This document shows, one piece after another, positions 58,205-64,000 of a DNA stretch of 64,000 bases. Position 1 is the first letter of the stretch, and every line of letters begins with the position of its first letter. A program made the position numbers and the translations under genes. The notes below the pieces were generated by a model. It was not told the origin of the DNA, did no database searches, and was given only the letters and a program-made list of their open reading frames with translations. Location of the stretch: the NCBI RefSeq assembly GCF_009914755.1, contig NC_060942.1; one strand, 5' to 3'. Origin of the DNA: the human T2T-CHM13v2.0 reference genome, Homo sapiens.

Positions 58205-58490
58205 TATAACGGAGGTAGTCATCATCACGTGTGAGAGACACAAAGCAGAAGCAGGCAGGGGAGTGGGAAAGCTTAGTAGTGAAATGAGGTAGGGTTTCAG
58301 GTGTGCTATGATTGGAGTTTGGCATGGGAAGTTGGATGCAGGCTAACTAGAAGCAAGGGATCTCATATAATTGTCTTGAGGAACATATTTGGACTTCTCT
58401 GGTCGGTCCTGAGTTGGATGGAGTCAGGGACAAAAAATAGGGAATCTGCCAGTTCTTGACCCACTCCTGACCATTCTAGGCAGATAGAAT
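58205..58490 (-). mobile_element. Ancient LTR fragment (LTR78-like)
   Basis: ggctaactagaagc; catatttggacttctctggtcggtcctgagttgg; gggacaaaaaatagggaa. Confidence 0.55.
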
Positions 58491-59921
58491 TTTTGATAAA
58501 TTTGAGAACTTTTGAAGTATTTCATTTTTAATCATCTATTATATAATGATCCATTAAAATGTATTTTCTTACTATAATGTCAAAGCATCTATAAATAGAA
58601 TTACAATATTAAATGCACACCAGAGGGATGATTTCTTGAGGACTCTGCTATTCACGGATTGTTTCTGCTCTGGATATACTTTGGCTTCTCCATTATATGT
58701 GATGCACATCCTTGATAAGGAACTTAACACCATACTTGACACTCTATGACTAAACCTTTCACAACACAGAAAATATATGTGAAGCAGATCCATTAAAAAT
58801 TTAGATAGATTCTACCAACTCATTGCCCAAACTTACCCATTATCCTTTAGAGCCAAAGTAAGGAACAGCTCAGCTGAAGAACTTATATGTAAATTTCTCA
58901 TACTTTTCCAGTAAAGAAGCCAAAGGGATGAAGACATTATATTTTTTTCAAGACCTTAGGATCATCAGAAAATTGTTATCCCTGATTTCTAGTAGTATAT
59001 AACTGGAATATCATCTTGGTAGCAACTCCAGCTAAAAGCATCTTGTTGCTTTGTAGTCATCCTTTCCTCTGTTTTTTCCATGTACCTCTAGATCAGAACA
59101 GTTATTATCCCTTTGGCTTCCTCCTGGGGAAAATAATATACCTGGAACATCATGGCCTGGGCTTCACCAAAATTCCTTCCTATTTTTCTCAGCTCCCCAA
59201 TGAAAACTTAACACAGCTAAATATCCCTTTTAGTTCAACTCTGATGTAACGGGTAGATGAGCTCTTACTTTGCTCATAGGACAGTGAAGTCTCTAAAAAT
59301 GATTCCAATTTCTCAGGCTCAACCTTAGAAGAAACAAAACTTCGAATTTCCAAGAGAGATTGTAATTTTGCCAAGACACAATTCATTATTTGAGAACGTC
59401 CTATCTAATGAGGGAGAAATACTCTCTACTGATAAGCCAAAGACTATCCAAACCTATTGAAGACACATTACAAAGTGATAAATGATAGGATTTCTAAGTT
59501 TAATTGGCAACGAGTGCCAAGGTGTTCTAAGATTACAACATCTCTTTATGAATTGACTAAGTCCTTAGTAAGAGACCCTTGGCTATGGGAACCTAAACAT
59601 GAACGCTTTTGGTAACCTGAAGAGAATTCTTCAACAGCTTTGTTCTCTAAGCATCTCTGTCTACCAAAAGTTATTTTTTTTTAATCTATTTGTGCATGAG
59701 CTACATGGACAATCCTTAGGGTTTACCCTTTATGTCAGGAAAATAGTAAAAAACAAAAACAGTGGTGCAAAACCTGTTGGTACTTCTGCTAAAAATAATG
59801 CTAGGCTCCCTGCTTGATCTCATGGTTCTTTACCCAGTACAGACATTACTGCTGAGAGCACACAGCACTTTCAGTCTGCCCATGAACCTCTTCTGAGATG
59901 CTGTTAATCTTTGCCTCTCTC

Positions 59922-60341
59922 ATCTTGGAGGCCACTTTGCAAAAATGAAAGAGCCTCCATTATCCTGTATGCATAAATAACTGGAAAGAGCAGAATCTCT
60001 TCTCAATCCACCATCTCCACCACTAACTGAACTTTATGTAAGCACGGAAAAAGAAGCTGATGTGTAAGTGATTGAGATTCCAGAAGTAATCTTTTATTTC
60101 ATCTTGTCTTTAACTTAATAAAGTGATTATTGTTCTCTTTAAAAGGCATATAACACTAGTTAAATGGAAATGTGGATGAATCTGAACAGCTAACCTAAGC
60201 CGATGTATTTTATTCATCGTAGTAAATATAGTATAGGTAAATATAAACAGGGAGCTTGTTATTCTCATTCCAATAAATTGAAAGATTAATTTTTTGCTTT
60301 TTTTTCTTTGAGACAGGGTCTCACTCTCTTGCCCAGGCTTG
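59922..60341 (+). repeat. Inserted copy of 57461-57885 (MLT1 3' half, unique spacer, truncated Alu tail)
   Basis: 16 substitutions and one 5-bp indel by hand count; first ~118 bp identical. Confidence 0.97.
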
Positions 60342-61446
60342 CCCTTCACCACTGCAAAACTTGAACGCTGACACTCTGCCTCCACTAGAAGTTCAGAATA
60401 GTTTGTTTTCCTCAGTTGTGGAATATTCTTTACCCCTCTTGTATTTATTGGTGACTGTCATTGAAAATAATAATATATCATATTTTTAATGGGCCATATC
60501 TCAGAACTAAAATTGGAGATTTTTAAGCAGGATATATTATTACCAATTTAAGCTCTCTTTTAAACTATAGCCCTCCATTGAGGTAAAATTAGCTAAGATG
60601 GCCGCATTTATTGCATATACCAGAGCTTGTCAACTAGCCAAAAATTATCTATACAGATGACAAGTATGTCTCTCGAGAAGTACATCAATTAGAGTCCACA
60701 CAATGGATGTAACCCTTATCTAAAATGGACAACAAGTTAATGGACTTTTAAGTACATGCCTACTTTTTAGAGAGGTGGCCATTATAAAGTTTGAGGCCCA
60801 GGCAAATCCAGATGTGGACATATGGAAGCTGAAGGAAATATAGAAAAGCATTATGCCAACGAGTAGCTGTATCAAAGGCTATGATCCTGTCTTAATCATC
60901 AAAGGATACATTTTGGAATAATTCAAGTAAGTCATTACAAGATATCAATAGTTATTTGGTTTGGGAAGGAAAGAATGAAAAAATATATATATGGTTGTAC
61001 TCTTCACTCAGGTAATCTCTGACCCTCTGAAGATGGCTGCCTGGTAGCACTCAGTGATTTCAAATGGATATTCACTAAATTTCTTCATAAAACTACTCAT
61101 CATGGTATAGACAAATTTGTTGTTATCTTAAGTCAGCATTGGTAGGGGAACTTTGAAATGACAGTTGACATTATTTTCAAATCATGAGTCATTTGTCAGC
61201 AGCTGAAGAAAAACTGTAAAGATATACATGAACAGATTCCAAAGCCTCAAGAGTATTTTGAACACTTTCTTGTGGATTTTATCTGACTTTCATCCCCTCA
61301 AAGAGATTTTTAATATGACTTAGTCATCATATACCTATTTTAAGAATCAGGTGGAGGGTTTCTTTAGTAAAAATCTGTACTTTTCACAGTAGTTGAAAGG
61401 CTGGATGATTTTGTGTTTTCATCTTGAGGCGCACATCTGTGGGAAT

Positions 61447-62262
61447 TGTGATGAATAATTTTATGTATTGACTTGACTGGGCCATGGGATGCCCAAATAT
61501 TTGATCAAACATTATTATGGATGTGTGGATGAGGGTGCTTTGGTTGATATTAATGTTTAAATTTGTAGATTTGGCCAGAAGCGGTGGCTCACGCCTGTAA
61601 TCCCAGCACTGTGGGAGGCTGAGGTGGGCGAATCACAAGGCCAGGAGTTTGAGAACAGCCTGGTCAACATGGCAAAACTCCATCTCTACTAAAAATCCAA
61701 AAATTAGCTGGGAGTGGTGGTGTGCACCTGTAGTTCCAGCTACTCAGGAGGCTGAGGCACAAGAATCTCTTGAACCCGGGAGGCAGAGACTGCTATGAGC
61801 CAAGATCGCACTACTGCATTCCAGCCTGGGTGACACAGCAGAACTCTGTCTCAATGAATAAATAAATAAATAAATACATAGTAAATGTGTAGACTGAATA
61901 AAGCACATTGTTCTCTCTTATGTGGGTGAACCTCATTCAATCAGTTGAAAGAAATAATAGAAAAAAAAATGCTGACCTTCTGCTGAAAATGAGAATTCTT
62001 CCTGGCTGATTGCCTTCAAATTGAGATATCAGCTTTCTTCTGACTTTAGACTTAATCTGAAACATCGGCTTCTTCTGAGTCTCAAGCCTACTGGCCTTTG
62101 GACTGGAGCACCACCATCAACTCTCTTGGATCTCAGACATTTGGACTTAGACTGAAACTAAACCATTTGCTCTCCTGGGCCTCCAGCTTGCTGTCTCACT
62201 CCCCAGATCTTGGAATTTGCCAACCTTTATAATTATTTCATGAGACTATTCCTTATTTTATG
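61447..62262 (+). mobile_element. MLT2B-like ERVL LTR split by an Alu
   Basis: tgtgatgaataattttatgt...acttgactgggccatgggatgccca; cctcattcaatcagttgaa; tctcctgggcctccagcttgc. Confidence 0.9.
61573..61881 (+). mobile_element. AluS (Sg-like) with (TAAA)n tail
   Basis: gaatcacaaggccaggag; TSD taaatttgtaga / taaatgtgtaga. Confidence 0.94.
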
Positions 62263-62460
62263 TGTGTGTGTTTGTATAATGTAATAAAATATATTGTGAA
62301 ATATATTAAATTATATATAATTATATAATATTTTTATAATAGTATAATATGCCATATATTATATAATCACATAATATACCTTAATATCATATACATACAC
62401 ATGCATATATACAAAAGCAGATGTATGTATATATAATATATAATACATATATGAAAAAGT
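62260..62460. repeat. TA-rich low-complexity tract
   Basis: Directly visible; typical of the MLT2 internal microsatellite position. Confidence 0.8.
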
Positions 62461-63747
62461 ATTACAAGGTACTTATGTACTATGACCAACAGGGTAAGGC
62501 TACCTTTGCACAACATTTTCCTAAACAACTTATTTATGATTATTAAGCAGGAAATTTTATCTACTGAAGGATGCACCAGAGAAAAACGTCCCTTGAACGT
62601 TGTTGAAGTGGATCTTATCAGGCACTGTTGGTAACAAATACAATAGTGGAACTCTAAGGAATCAAATCCTAGTTCATGTTTCATAACTAAAGAACAAATT
62701 TAGAGCACCACACAACTGGAAGACGATTCCAATTGGGGACTTCAAACTGTCGCTTCACGGAGATCCTCTAGAAGCAGTAGGTCTTTGGAAGCAGACAGTG
62801 ATGCAAAACCTTTGGAAGAAGCAGATGGCCTCAGATAGATTCCCAAGACATTGGAACAAGGCCCCTGTCTAATTATGGTTTTACTTTTTATCCACTTGCT
62901 TATAAACATTTTTCTCAAATAGACCTCTGATTGTTTTCCATACACAATAACCCTTTGTTTTTTTCATCTTCATCACTGTAATTGTTAGGTCAGAAGATAC
63001 TCACTCTAATGTCATTTTCAGATTACCCCAATCATTAGTCCTGCCCTCAGTCTTAGCCCATTACCAAACTCCCATGAGAAACCATCCAGTCTCATACAAT
63101 GGAACCACAGCAAACTATAGCAGATGGCATTTCCACTTTCGTGAAATGTACAAATTACCTTTAACCAATCAACTTGTGACTTTCTAGTATCCTTTTGCCC
63201 TCTAAAAAAAAAAAGAACCAATAATCACAATCTAAAGTCCATACCCTGGGTAGTTCTAAACTTGAATTCAACATCCATTTTAGGGTACTACACTAAACAT
63301 TTGCCACCTGGGATAGACTAATAGAGACAGAAATATATAACTTAGCTAATGTAAGGCCTCAGTTTGATCTCCCACATGCCCCTACTGGATACTCTTTTGT
63401 TTGTGGCAAAACATCTGGTGTTTGCCTCATGCTAACATGGGTGCTTTAAGAACAATATTGTGAGATGTGTCTATACAAAGAGACCACACTTCTCTGAACA
63501 CCAAAACTATAAATTCTGACACAAATATGAGTTCTAAAATGAGGTCACCTTGATTATTCAGGCACTCTACCTGGGGAAATTACTGATTCATTTTTTTATG
63601 TGAACTGATTCATTTTTTATGTGAACAAGTAGCGTTTCCAATGGTGGAACTCACACGAGTAGAAAAGACTGCAGAGAAATTATTACATTATTAATGGAAA
63701 CACCTCTGCCCTAGATGGAATATAGCTCAATCTCAACAGCATGAAGA

Positions 63748-63960
63748 GTGATGCATAACGCATTTGCTCTAGGTTTCTTGTTGGCTAGTCTTGATGACAT
63801 GTGTGCCACGGCTAATATTTCTTACTGTACTTGGATCACTGAAGCAGGTAAGCAGACGAGGCTATGCATTCCCTTAAGGAAAAAGCTACTTGGCTTTCTC
63901 AGGTTCATCCTAATGGTGTTTGGAATTTTTCTGTTGGACAACTGGGGTTCCTGGTTCTAA
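63748..63960 (+). pseudogene. Retroviral env transmembrane-subunit remnant (immunosuppressive domain and degenerate CX6CC)
   Basis: VMHNAFALGFLLASLDDMCATANISYCTWITEAGK aligns with the gamma-type pattern LQNRxALDxLLAxxGGxCAxxNxxCCTWIN. Confidence 0.8.
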
Positions 63961-64000
63961 AGGATCTTACTTGGATTTTTAATGATTCTTGTTTTTGTCA

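Larger units (their letters stand above)
58600..64000 (+). mobile_element. Decayed class I (ERV1, gammaretrovirus-like) internal region, pol to env, interrupted by a duplication, MLT2B and an Alu; runs off the window
   Basis: Collinear remnants: RT FQDLR (about 58946), STLM*RVDELLLCS for YVDD (59235-59276), RNaseH YTD (about 60650), integrase LERC*SGSYQALLVTNT for WKGPYQVLL (62592-62642), env TM at 63748. Confidence 0.85.

Overview
AT-rich primate (most likely human) non-coding DNA, either intergenic or deep intronic. I find no supportable host protein-coding exon, RNA gene or CpG island. The longer ORFs in the track trace to Alu, L1, LTR or transposon remnants, and the rest look like low-complexity or chance ORFs. 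Much of the window is recognisable interspersed repeat: 11 Alus (J, S and Y types), many old L1M, L2 and MIR fragments, three primate L1PA insertions that are all 5'-inverted, MaLR/ERVL/ERV1 LTRs, a near full-length Hsmar2 mariner, and a decayed gammaretrovirus-like pol/env segment at the right end. Subfamily names come from recalled consensus sequences and are approximate. I did not find an undescribed multi-gene biological system. The most unusual signals are local DNA-level copying events: a 420-bp chimeric segment copied into the ERV pol remnant 2.46 kb downstream, a ~30-bp inverted templated patch inside an L1, and a ~270-bp spaced direct duplication. Three repeat-free, homeodomain-motif-rich stretches are candidate conserved enhancers.
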